A DNA stretch of 64,000 bases, from positions 65,315-129,314 of the forward strand of contig SVSI01000002.1 in assembly GCA_015064385.1 (NCBI GenBank), written 5' to 3'. This document shows, piece after piece, positions 8,929 through 16,842 of this stretch; position 1 is the stretch's first letter, and each line of letters starts with the position of its first letter. The translations under genes were made by a program, and so were the position numbers. A model generated the notes under the pieces. It saw nothing but the letters and a program-made list of their open reading frames with translations. It was not told the origin of the DNA and searched no databases. Origin of the DNA: Oscillospiraceae bacterium. Lineage in GTDB: Bacteria > Bacillota > Clostridia > Oscillospirales > CAG-272.

Positions 8929-10071
8929 ATGTTTTACGAGAACTATATCGCAGAAAACAAGGCGTGGATCGACGAAATGGTCGCAAAGCTTGACAAAAAG
9001 CTCTCGCGCGTTGCAGTAGAGAGCCGCGACAAGCTCCCCTACACTACCGACGCAAACGGCAAGCACGACAACTGCCTTGATCCCGCTACCGGCAAGAACG
9101 TAACCTGGTGGACCAACGGCTTCTGGGGCGGACTTATGTGGCTTATGTATGAAAAGACGGGCAACGAGGAGTACAAGAAGACGGCAGAGCGCTCGGAAGA
9201 GCTTCTTGACGGATATCTTGCAAACTTCCAGAGTCTCGACCACGACTCGGGCTTTATGGAGCACATTCTCGCAGGCGCCAACTACCGTCTTACCGGAAAC
9301 GAGAAGTCCAAGAACAGAAACCTTTACTGTGCGGCTGCTCTCGCATCGAGATACAATCTTTCGGGCGGATTTATCCGCGCTTGGAACTGGGAAGCAGGAC
9401 TCACCATCATAGACACTATGATGAACCTTCCTCAGCTCTACTGGGCATCGTCCATCACGGGCGACACCCGCTTCAAGAAGATCGCTATGGCTCACGCCGA
9501 TATGGCAATGGTTGAGCACATTCGTCCCGACGGAAGCGTAGTTCACATCTGCTCGCACGATATTGAGGACGGACACGTGATCGAAACCCGTCAGGGTCAG
9601 GGTTACGCAGTCGGCTCGACCTGGTCGCGTGGCGCATCGTGGGCTGTTTACGGATTCGTTCTTTCCTATCTCCACACCGGAAAGCAGGAATATCTCGAGG
9701 CATCCAAGAAGGCGGCTCACTATTTCATTACCGGTTGTGCGACCAACGGATGGCTTCCGCCCGTTGACTTCCGCGCTCCCGAAGAGCCCGTTTGCTACGA
9801 CTCGACCGCCGGTGCTATCACCGCTTGCGGACTTATCGAGCTCGCAAAGGTTCTCCCCGAATACGAGAAGCCGATGTACTTAAAGGCAGCTTTCGAGATC
9901 CTCAAGGCAATGGAAAAAGAATTCTGCAACTGGGAAGACTCGACCGACTACATTCTCGGTATGGGTACCGAGGCGTACGGAAGAAAGGTACACGTACCGA
10001 TCATCTACGGCGACTACTTCTTTGCAGAGGCAATTCTCAAGCTCGCAGGCAGCGAGTTTAATCCCTGGTAA
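8929..10071 (+). CDS. GH88 unsaturated glucuronyl hydrolase, copy 2 (tandem paralogue)
   Basis: Same conserved blocks as copy 1. The N-termini are nearly identical (MFYENYIAENKAWIDE vs MFYENYIEKNKAWIDE). Confidence 0.85.
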   Translation: MFYENYIAENKAWIDEMVAKLDKKLSRVAVESRDKLPYTTDANGKHDNCLDPATGKNVTWWTNGFWGGLMWLMYEKTGNEEYKKTAERSEELLDGYLANFQSLDHDSGFMEHILAGANYRLTGNEKSKNRNLYCAAALASRYNLSGGFIRAWNWEAGLTIIDTMMNLPQLYWASSITGDTRFKKIAMAHADMAMVEHIRPDGSVVHICSHDIEDGHVIETRQGQGYAVGSTWSRGASWAVYGFVLSYLHTGKQEYLEASKKAAHYFITGCATNGWLPPVDFRAPEEPVCYDSTAGAITACGLIELAKVLPEYEKPMYLKAAFEILKAMEKEFCNWEDSTDYILGMGTEAYGRKVHVPIIYGDYFFAEAILKLAGSEFNPW

Positions 10072-10107
10072 AAAAACTTTTCGGCAAAGCCGAAAGATTT
10101 TGACAAT

Positions 10108-10138
10108 AAACCACGCCCTCAATGGGCGTGGTTTTTGT
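10108..10138. terminator. intrinsic terminator hairpin, copy 1 of a duplicated hairpin
   Basis: AAACCACGCCC-TCAA-TGGGCGTGGTTTTTGT, 37 nt after the GH88-2 stop. Confidence 0.75.
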
Positions 10139-10293
10139 ATAAAAACACCGCGAGCGGCGTTTAGCAGTTTCGCTGTCGGACGGCAGTCCGACTTTTGGCA
10201 AAGCCAAAACCGCAAACTGCGCTCTTCGATTGAAGTTTGCTAAATGACGGTGAAGATGCGTTAACGGTTTGCTTTGCAAACCTAGAACCGATT

Positions 10294-10327
10294 AAAAAAC
10301 CACGCCCTCGATGGGCGTGGTTTTTGT
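10294..10327. terminator. intrinsic terminator hairpin, copy 2 (near-identical direct repeat of 10108-10138)
   Basis: AAAAAACCACGCCC-TCGA-TGGGCGTGGTTTTTGT, with one loop difference from copy 1. It lies next to the stop of the convergent tcdA. Confidence 0.7.
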
Positions 10328-10338
10328 TCTTTTATTTT

Positions 10339-11073
10339 TTATTTTTCAAGTCCTGCAATATGCTTTATAACCTCGGACGCAAGAATGTATCCCGCGACCG
10401 GCGGAACGTACGAGATCGACGCAGGCGTGCGCTGATCTTCACTACCGGGCAAGGAGTAAACCTCGTCGTCTGAGCAAAGAACCTTCAGCGACTGCACTCC
10501 GCTCTTACGAAGCTCGTGACGCATCGCGCGCGCCAAAGGACAGCCGCTCGTTTTATATATATCTGTGATCTTAAATCCGAGCGCACTTATTCTTTTGCCC
10601 GTTCCCATACAGGAAATTATCGGGATATTTTCGCTCTTTGCACGCAGTATCAGAGACACCTTCGAGCGAACGGAATCGATAGCGTCCACGATATAGTCAA
10701 CGCCCGAAAGATCGACGCTTGCGGCATTTTCTTCGTTATAGAAGATATTATACGCTATGATCTCGGCATCGGGATTTATCTTTTTCACACGTTGCGTTGC
10801 CGCATCGGTCTTAAGCATTCCAACGGTATCAACGTCAGCTATTATCTGCCTGTTTATATTGCTTTCGGACACGGTATCGAAATCAACGAGAGTGAGCTTC
10901 CCCACTCCTGCGCGAGCAAGCGCTTCAAGTGCCGCTCCGCCAACTCCGCCGAGTCCGAAAACGGCAACGTGTGCACCAAGGATCCGACCAAGCGCTTCCT
11001 CGCCGATAAGCATTTTCGTGCGTGCAAAACGTTCACAATCAAGTCCCTTGTTTTCAAGTACTTCCAAAATCAC
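10339..11073 (-). CDS. tcdA: tRNA threonylcarbamoyladenosine dehydratase (ThiF/E1-like)
   Basis: ERFARTKMLIGEEALGRILGAHVAVFGLGGVGGAALEALARAGVGKLTLVDFDTVSESNINRQ matches the TcdA/CsdL N-terminal Rossmann block. The start codon is GTG. Confidence 0.8.
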   Translation of the reverse strand: MILEVLENKGLDCERFARTKMLIGEEALGRILGAHVAVFGLGGVGGAALEALARAGVGKLTLVDFDTVSESNINRQIIADVDTVGMLKTDAATQRVKKINPDAEIIAYNIFYNEENAASVDLSGVDYIVDAIDSVRSKVSLILRAKSENIPIISCMGTGKRISALGFKITDIYKTSGCPLARAMRHELRKSGVQSLKVLCSDDEVYSLPGSEDQRTPASISYVPPVAGYILASEVIKHIAGLEK

Positions 11074-11081
11074 ACGCCCTT

Positions 11082-11795
11082 TCAGCTATCATAAGTCAGC
11101 TCCGCTGCCCTCGTCATATACGCAACGAGCGGCATATATCTATCGCCCGCAACAAGAATATGCTCAAGCATATCAACCTCTATTTCGGACAGAGCGCGGC
11201 GGATAGTTCTGGTAAGAACTATATCGTCGTCAGACGGAGACGCCCCGCCAAACGGGTGATTGTGTGCCACAACTACTCTCGATGCCTGTGCATCAAGAAC
11301 GGCTTTTATCAGATTTCGTATCGATATGTTTGAGGACATAACTGTGCCCTCGTGTACCGTTTTACACGCTATAAGTCGGTTATTTCCGTCGAGCAAAAGC
11401 AGTCTTACACTTTCCTTATTCTCGCGCGCATAGCTTTTGACGAAATAGTTACCCATTTGCTCTACGCTGAAGAAGGTGCGGCGTTCCTTTTCTTCTCCCC
11501 TATCCGTTCTGCGATATATCTCGCCCAAAACAGTCAAGAAGGCAGAGGCACTTTTGCCAACTCCGTTGATCTCCTTTAATGAAGCAACGTCGGCATTAAA
11601 CAGTTCCTCGTACGAGCCGAATTTGTCGAGAATCGCGTGTGAGAGCTCGTTAGTATTCTTTTGGCGTATAACGCCGTACAGTATCATTTCGAGCAACTCA
11701 ACGTCAGTCAAAGATGACACGTGTCCTTCATCGACCTTCGTATACATACGCTCCCTGTGACCGCTGTGAAGATTTATTTTAATATCGTTACTCAT
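11082..11795 (-). CDS. radC: RadC-family JAB-domain protein
   Basis: HhH-like N-terminus (LLEMILYGVIRQKNTNELSHAILDKFGS) and JAMM motif VVAHNHPFGGASPSDDD. Confidence 0.85.
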   Translation of the reverse strand: MSNDIKINLHSGHRERMYTKVDEGHVSSLTDVELLEMILYGVIRQKNTNELSHAILDKFGSYEELFNADVASLKEINGVGKSASAFLTVLGEIYRRTDRGEEKERRTFFSVEQMGNYFVKSYARENKESVRLLLLDGNNRLIACKTVHEGTVMSSNISIRNLIKAVLDAQASRVVVAHNHPFGGASPSDDDIVLTRTIRRALSEIEVDMLEHILVAGDRYMPLVAYMTRAAELTYDS

Positions 11796-13251
11796 GTCTT
11801 TTCAATGTTATGGTAAATTCGCAAAATTCTCCGTGTGTACTGCGTACGGATATAGTTTCACCGTGCGCATCCATTATCGTGCGGCTGATATACATACCGA
11901 GTCCAACGCCCGTTTTATCAAGTCCGCGACTCTTATCGCTCTTATAAAATCTGTCGAAAACGTACGGCAGATCACCGTCGGGAATACCGTCACCTTCGTT
12001 ATAAACGCTGACTAGTACCTTGCTGTCCGACATCCTTACGCAAAGACGGTATTTTCCGCCCTCGCGAGCAAATTTAACACCGTTATCGCAGATATTATAA
12101 AGAACCTGATATATGGCATCTCTATCGGCAACAACCCATATATTATCGGCATCGCACTCAAATTCAACGTCAAGCTTTTTGTCATTGAGACGCTGCTCAA
12201 GTGAGATTATTATTTGTCTTGAAAGCTCGCAAATGTCAAACTCTTCCATAGTAAATTTGCGCTCGCCCGCCTGAATCTTAGATATGTCGAGCAGGGTTGA
12301 AACGAGTCGCGAAAGACGCTTTACTTCGGATGAAACTATCGTAAGGTAGTGCTCGCTCTCCTCAGGCGGAATGGTACCGTCCAAAATAGCGTCGATAAAT
12401 CCGCCTATCGTCGTCATCGGTGTACGCATATCGTGAGAGACGTTAGCAAGAAACATTCGTCTCGTTTCCTCGTTGCGCTCGAGACTGCTTGCCATATTGT
12501 TAAACGCCATAGCCAGTTCGGCAACCTCGTCAGTTCCCGTAACCGGTACTCTTACGTCCATTTTTCCGTCCGCAAACTCTTTTGCGGCGTGGCTGACCTT
12601 CTTTATAGGTCGCACTATTCGTTCGTTTATAAAGTAGCTCGCTATTATCGCTCCGCACATTACCCACATACACGACATAATTATCGTTTTAACGGTGGAC
12701 GATACGAATTCGTACATCTTGGAGGAAACGGTGGTCACGAACAGTATTCCGCTCGTCTTACCTTCCACCTCTATCGGCAGAGCTTCAACGTAGCATGGAT
12801 GCCCGAGCGTGCCTCCGAGAGTGGTCTTTTCAATATCGAGGCCTTCACCGTCGAGTATCGACTGTACTGCATCACGAGGAACCATTTTTGTATTGTCAAG
12901 ATACATTTCCTTGTTGCTGTCGAGCATCGTGGCGTACCACAGTATCTTACCGTTTGAGTCGGTCAGAAAAACGTTGACCTCATCGTCGTTATCAACGTAT
13001 CCGAAAACCTTTTCGAGCATCAGCTTTTCGCTATAAACGAACTCGGTAAAGTCACCGATCTCACTGCCCTCGTAAACCGGTTCGAGAATAGCCGCAGACG
13101 AGGTGGCTATTTTCTCAAGCTCGTCATTCTTGACCTGATTTGAATAGTTTATTACCTGATTTGCAACTATAAGTGCAAGCACTGAAAAGCTGATAAGTAT
13201 AATGACGACGAATGCAAGCATATATTTTGCAAATACACTCTTAAAAATCAT
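11788..13251 (-). CDS. sensor histidine kinase (2 TM, HAMP, HisKA, HATPase_c)
   Basis: H-box FLANVSHDMRTPMTTI, N-box YNICDNGVKF and G-box GVGLGMYISR. Its 3' end overlaps the radC start by 8 nt. Confidence 0.9.
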   Translation of the reverse strand: MIFKSVFAKYMLAFVVIILISFSVLALIVANQVINYSNQVKNDELEKIATSSAAILEPVYEGSEIGDFTEFVYSEKLMLEKVFGYVDNDDEVNVFLTDSNGKILWYATMLDSNKEMYLDNTKMVPRDAVQSILDGEGLDIEKTTLGGTLGHPCYVEALPIEVEGKTSGILFVTTVSSKMYEFVSSTVKTIIMSCMWVMCGAIIASYFINERIVRPIKKVSHAAKEFADGKMDVRVPVTGTDEVAELAMAFNNMASSLERNEETRRMFLANVSHDMRTPMTTIGGFIDAILDGTIPPEESEHYLTIVSSEVKRLSRLVSTLLDISKIQAGERKFTMEEFDICELSRQIIISLEQRLNDKKLDVEFECDADNIWVVADRDAIYQVLYNICDNGVKFAREGGKYRLCVRMSDSKVLVSVYNEGDGIPDGDLPYVFDRFYKSDKSRGLDKTGVGLGMYISRTIMDAHGETISVRSTHGEFCEFTITLKRHE

Positions 13252-13282
13252 TCGATCTTACCTCTTCGCTTAAAAACAAGCT

Positions 13283-14377
13283 TTATACATTAAATCTGAA
13301 GAGAACGACGTCGCCGTCCTTCATAACGTAGTCCTTACCCTCGCTTCTGTAAAGTCCCTTTTCCTTTGCCTCGTTCACACCACCGCAAGCGATAAGATCA
13401 TCGTAGGAAACGATCTCGGCACGGATAAAGCCCTTTTCAAAGTCGGTATGGATTTTTCCCGCAGCTTGGGGAGCTTTTGAGCCGTTGACGATAGTCCACG
13501 CGCGCACCTCCTTCGGTCCCGCGGTAAGGAAGCTGATAAGTCCGAGCAGACTGTAGCTTGCCTTGATCAGCTTATCAAGTCCGCTCTCCTCGATGCCGAG
13601 ATCGGCAAGGAAAAGCTTCTTTTCGTCAAAGTCAAGCTCGGCGATCTCCGCCTCTATTCCCGCGCAGATAGGCACAACCTTCGCATTTTCGGTAGCGGCA
13701 AAGGCACAAAGATTTTTGTAATTTTCGGAATCGTTGTAGCTTCCGTCAAGCTCGTCCTCGCCTACGTTTGCAACGTAAATTACCGGCTTGTTGGAAAGCA
13801 GAGGGAGCGTTTCCATTATCTTTTCCTCTGCCTCGTTCATCTCAACGGTTCTCGCCGATTTTCCTTCGGTAAGAACGGCGAGTACTCTCTCAAGAAATTC
13901 GACCTCGCCCGCAAGCGTTTTGTCGCCCTTGAGGAGCTTTTTCGTGCGGTCGATCCTGCGCTCAACGATCTCAATATCCGAGAATATAAGCTCGAAATTG
14001 ATCGTTTCAAGGTCGCGCATGGGATCAACGCTTCCATCAACGTGTATGATGTTCTGATCCTCAAAGCATCTTACTACGTGGACGATCGCATCGACCTCTC
14101 GAATGTGTCCGAGGAATTTATTTCCGAGTCCTTCTCCTTTGGACGCACCCTTTACGAGTCCCGCAATATCAACGAATTCGATGACTGCGGGGGTGTATTT
14201 TTCGGGTTTATACATTTCGGCAAGCGTATCAAGACGGCTGTCGGGAACGGTTACCATTCCAACGTTCGGCTCGATGGTGCAAAAAGGATAGTTCGCACTC
14301 TGCGCGCCTGCGTTCGTTATAGCATTGAAAAGTGTACTTTTGCCTACGTTAGGCATTCCCACTATTCCGAGTTTCAT
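13283..14377 (-). CDS. ychF: redox-regulated ATPase YchF
   Basis: [21 protein letters not shown]...[13 protein letters not shown]...C-terminal [18 protein letters not shown] is the canonical YchF/OLA1 pattern. Confidence 0.95.
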   Translation of the reverse strand: MKLGIVGMPNVGKSTLFNAITNAGAQSANYPFCTIEPNVGMVTVPDSRLDTLAEMYKPEKYTPAVIEFVDIAGLVKGASKGEGLGNKFLGHIREVDAIVHVVRCFEDQNIIHVDGSVDPMRDLETINFELIFSDIEIVERRIDRTKKLLKGDKTLAGEVEFLERVLAVLTEGKSARTVEMNEAEEKIMETLPLLSNKPVIYVANVGEDELDGSYNDSENYKNLCAFAATENAKVVPICAGIEAEIAELDFDEKKLFLADLGIEESGLDKLIKASYSLLGLISFLTAGPKEVRAWTIVNGSKAPQAAGKIHTDFEKGFIRAEIVSYDDLIACGGVNEAKEKGLYRSEGKDYVMKDGDVVLFRFNV

Positions 14378-14542
14378 ATTTATATTTTCCTTTCGCGTAA
14401 TTAAGACTACCTTATATTATATAACACTTCCTTGACTTTTTCAATAGCTTTTTAGTATTTTGACGTTTTTACTTTCCTTTTTCGACTGTAAATGCCTAAA
14501 ATTCACCGCTTTTTGAAAATGTAAAAAAATTCAAAAAAGGTA

Positions 14543-14571
14543 TTGCAAAAAGCGAAAAGGTATGCTATAAT
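14543..14571 (+). promoter_or_regulatory. sigma-A promoter of the response-regulator gene
   Basis: TTGCAA (14543-14548), 17-nt spacer, TGcTATAAT (-10 at 14566-14571). Confidence 0.6.
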
Positions 14572-14627
14572 AATTATGAACTTGTGAGATTTTTTAACAA
14601 AATTAATAATTAAAGGAGATCAAAAAC

Positions 14628-15320
14628 ATGGGAACCAAATTACTTATCATTGAAGACGACAGCAATATAGCAGAGCTTATAAAGGTATATCTCACCAAGG
14701 AGGGATATGAGACCAAGATCGCATCCGACGGTGTTGAAGCGGTAAATTTCTTTAAGATGTTCGAGCCCGATCTCGTGCTTCTTGACATTATGCTTCCCCG
14801 CAAGGACGGTTGGCAGGTATGCCGTGAGATCCGCGAGATCTCTACCAAGCCGATCATCATGGTAACGGCAAAGGGCGAGGTATTTGACAAGGTACTCGGT
14901 CTTGAGCTTGGTGCAGACGACTTTATCGTAAAGCCCTTCGATATGAAGGAGCTCTCCGCCCGTATCAAGGCAGTTCTCCGCAGATACAGCGCACACGACA
15001 ATCAGAACGATAACGAGGTAATAAAATTCGAGAACATCGAGATCAGTCTCCAGAAATACGAGCTCAAGCTTAACGGCAAGAGCACCGATATTCCTCCGAA
15101 GGAGCTCGAGCTTCTCTATTTCCTCGCGGCAAACTACAACAGCGTATTTACCAGAGACAAGCTTCTGGACAAGGTTTGGGGATTTGACTACCTCGGCGAT
15201 TCTCGTACCGTTGACGTTCATATCAAGCGTCTTCGTGAAAAGCTCGAGGGCGTTTCGGACAAGTGGCAGCTTAAGACCGTTTGGGGAGTCGGCTACAAAT
15301 TCGAGCTTCTCCAGCCGTAA
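14628..15320 (+). CDS. OmpR/PhoB-family response regulator
   Basis: Receiver domain (LIIEDD...DLVLLDIMLP...TAKG) plus winged-helix C-terminus (RTVDVHIKRLREKL...TVWGVGYKF). AAAGGAG RBS. Confidence 0.9.
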   Translation: MGTKLLIIEDDSNIAELIKVYLTKEGYETKIASDGVEAVNFFKMFEPDLVLLDIMLPRKDGWQVCREIREISTKPIIMVTAKGEVFDKVLGLELGADDFIVKPFDMKELSARIKAVLRRYSAHDNQNDNEVIKFENIEISLQKYELKLNGKSTDIPPKELELLYFLAANYNSVFTRDKLLDKVWGFDYLGDSRTVDVHIKRLREKLEGVSDKWQLKTVWGVGYKFELLQP

Positions 15321-15364
15321 CTTAGGGCTCTGCCCTCAACGCCGCTTGCGGCGTTTTGAACCCG

Positions 15365-15410
15365 CCAAGAAACTTTTTATAAAAAGTTTCTTGGAACTTC
15401 AAAAATTTTA
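15365..15410 (-). repeat. palindromic intergenic element, copy A (reverse orientation)
   Basis: Hairpin CCAAGAAACTTTTT-AT-AAAAAGTTTCTTGG, followed by AACTTCAAAAATTTTAAT, which is the reverse complement of the family flank TTAAGTAAAGTTTTTGAAG. Confidence 0.7.
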
Positions 15411-15422
15411 ATAAAAAAAATT

Positions 15423-15446
15423 AAGAGCAGGAATTTTCCTGCTCTT
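15423..15446. terminator. palindromic terminator hairpin T1 (left end of the AT-rich cassette)
   Basis: AAGAGCAGGAATTTTCCTGCTCTT abuts the XRE stop codon (15447-15449). On the minus strand it is followed by a T-run. It is near-identical to 16707-16737. Confidence 0.75.
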
Positions 15447-15680
15447 TTATATTCTTTTTTCGATTTCCTTTACAATGTCACTCATATTGATACCAAGGGC
15501 TATACTTATACGGTAAAGCGTTTCGATAGTAGGTTTTCTCGCACCACACTCAATAGCGCTGAGATGCGTTCTGCCGATTCCCGCAAGTCCGCTTAACACC
15601 TCTTGCGATACTTTTTTGTTTTTCCGACAATATGCAATTGCCTGACCAACTATTTTGGGATCAAGAAATTCTTCCGTCAT
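15447..15680 (-). CDS. XRE-family helix-turn-helix transcriptional regulator (77 aa)
   Basis: MTEEFLDPKIVGQAIAYCRKNKKVSQEVLSGLAGIGRTHLSAIECGARKPTIETLYRISIALG is a Cro/C1-type HTH. GAGGTG lies 6 nt before ATG 15680. The track ORF start at 15752 has no RBS. Confidence 0.8.
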   Translation of the reverse strand: MTEEFLDPKIVGQAIAYCRKNKKVSQEVLSGLAGIGRTHLSAIECGARKPTIETLYRISIALGINMSDIVKEIEKRI

Positions 15681-15735
15681 TATATCACCTCGGATATATT
15701 GTACGTTCTTTTTTACAAAAATATGACTACATATG

Positions 15736-15764
15736 TTGACAATTGAACACATTTGTGTTATAAT
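15736..15764 (+). promoter_or_regulatory. consensus sigma-A promoter of the membrane-protein/DUF5067 operon
   Basis: TTGACA (15736-15741), 17-nt spacer, TGtTATAAT (-10 at 15759-15764). It overlaps the region upstream of the divergent XRE gene. Confidence 0.7.
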
Positions 15765-15785
15765 ACATTATCTTGCAGGTGTTAT

Positions 15786-16184
15786 ATGAGAAAAATCAAT
15801 AAATTTCTTTATTTCTGCTTGTTAAACTGTATTTTTGCCCTCCTTACAGGGGTAGCAATATATGTCTTGCTTCGTGAAAATACCTATATTAACAAGCTCA
15901 TAAATTTTCAAAAGATAGGCGTTTCGTCTGCCTTTGCAGACTTTTTGCGCTTTTATTTCGTTGATGCCTTGTGGTCATACGCTTTAACTTTTGCGCTTTC
16001 TATATTTATAAGCGAAATTATGGCAGGGGTTATATCAACTGTATTTGCAACATCTTGGGAGCTATTGCAGCTCTGCGGCTTTGTTGCGGGAACGTTTGAC
16101 ATCATTGACCTCATAATGTATCTTTCGGCAATCGTTGTTGCCGTCTTGATAATATATCTATATAAAAGGAGATTTTCACAATGA
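15786..16184 (+). CDS. small polytopic membrane protein (about 4 TM), function unknown
   Basis: MRKINKFLYFCLLNCIFALLTGVAIYVLL... has four hydrophobic segments and a C-terminal GTFDIIDLIMYLSA motif. AT-rich codon usage. It overlaps the next gene by 4 nt. Confidence 0.6.
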   Translation: MRKINKFLYFCLLNCIFALLTGVAIYVLLRENTYINKLINFQKIGVSSAFADFLRFYFVDALWSYALTFALSIFISEIMAGVISTVFATSWELLQLCGFVAGTFDIIDLIMYLSAIVVAVLIIYLYKRRFSQ

Positions 16185-16705
16185 AAACAACACTCACCAA
16201 ACGAATTTTAAGTATTATCGCCGTTATTTCACTGCTTCTTGCTTTTGGACTTTTTGCTATTGCAAGTTCTGACAGTGAGGGTAGTTCTGACGATCAGGGT
16301 TCCGGAGATGCTTCTTCCGACAGCGGCAAAGACTCAAACATCTACTACTACAACGTAAATATTAAAAGCTGTCGTCTTGCTAAAGATTATAGCGGCAATC
16401 CCATTGCAATTATTACTTATACTTTCACCAACAATGCTGAGGACGCCACCTGCTTTATGTACGCATTTAACGATGCGGTATATCAAAACGGTGTTGGCTT
16501 AAACAAATGTTATTTGACATCAGACACCGCAAATTATTCCTCCGAAAACCAAACCAAACAAATCAAAACGGGAGCAACATTGGACGTAGAGGTCGCTTAT
16601 GTCTTAAATGATGAAACTACAGACCTTGAGGTTGAAGTAAAACGCCTTATAGATTTCTTTGATAAAGATGAAATGATAACAAAAACTTTTAAGATTGCCA
16701 AATAA
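16181..16705 (+). CDS. secreted/anchored DUF5067-like protein
   Basis: Signal/anchor ILSIIAVISLLLAFGLFAIASS, a Ser/Asp-rich linker, then IKSCRLAKDYSGNPIAIITYTFTNNAEDATCFMYAF..VYQNGVGL, which resembles DUF5067-type domains. AAAGGAG RBS. Confidence 0.6.
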   Translation: MKTTLTKRILSIIAVISLLLAFGLFAIASSDSEGSSDDQGSGDASSDSGKDSNIYYYNVNIKSCRLAKDYSGNPIAIITYTFTNNAEDATCFMYAFNDAVYQNGVGLNKCYLTSDTANYSSENQTKQIKTGATLDVEVAYVLNDETTDLEVEVKRLIDFFDKDEMITKTFKIAK

Positions 16706-16706
16706 A

Positions 16707-16737
16707 AAAGAGCAGGAATTTTTCCTGCTCTTTTTTC
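16707..16737. terminator. palindromic terminator hairpin T2 (right end of the AT-rich cassette)
   Basis: AAAAGAGCAGGAATTTTTCCTGCTCTTTTTT starts right after the DUF5067 stop. Same stem as T1, with one extra T in the loop. Confidence 0.8.
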
Positions 16738-16772
16738 GTAGCAACGTTGACCTCTGCAACAGATTTTCTTTT

Positions 16773-16823
16773 AAGTAAAGTTTTTGAAGGGTTTGGGAAA
16801 CTTTTTACAAAAAGTTTCCCAAG
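16773..16823 (+). repeat. palindromic intergenic element, copy B (forward orientation)
   Basis: AAGTAAAGTTTTTGAAGGGTTTGGGAAACTTTTTACAAAAAGTTTCCCAAG, i.e. the family flank plus a 14-bp stem hairpin. Confidence 0.7.
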
Positions 16824-16842
16824 TCGTTCCCTTAGCCGCTCT

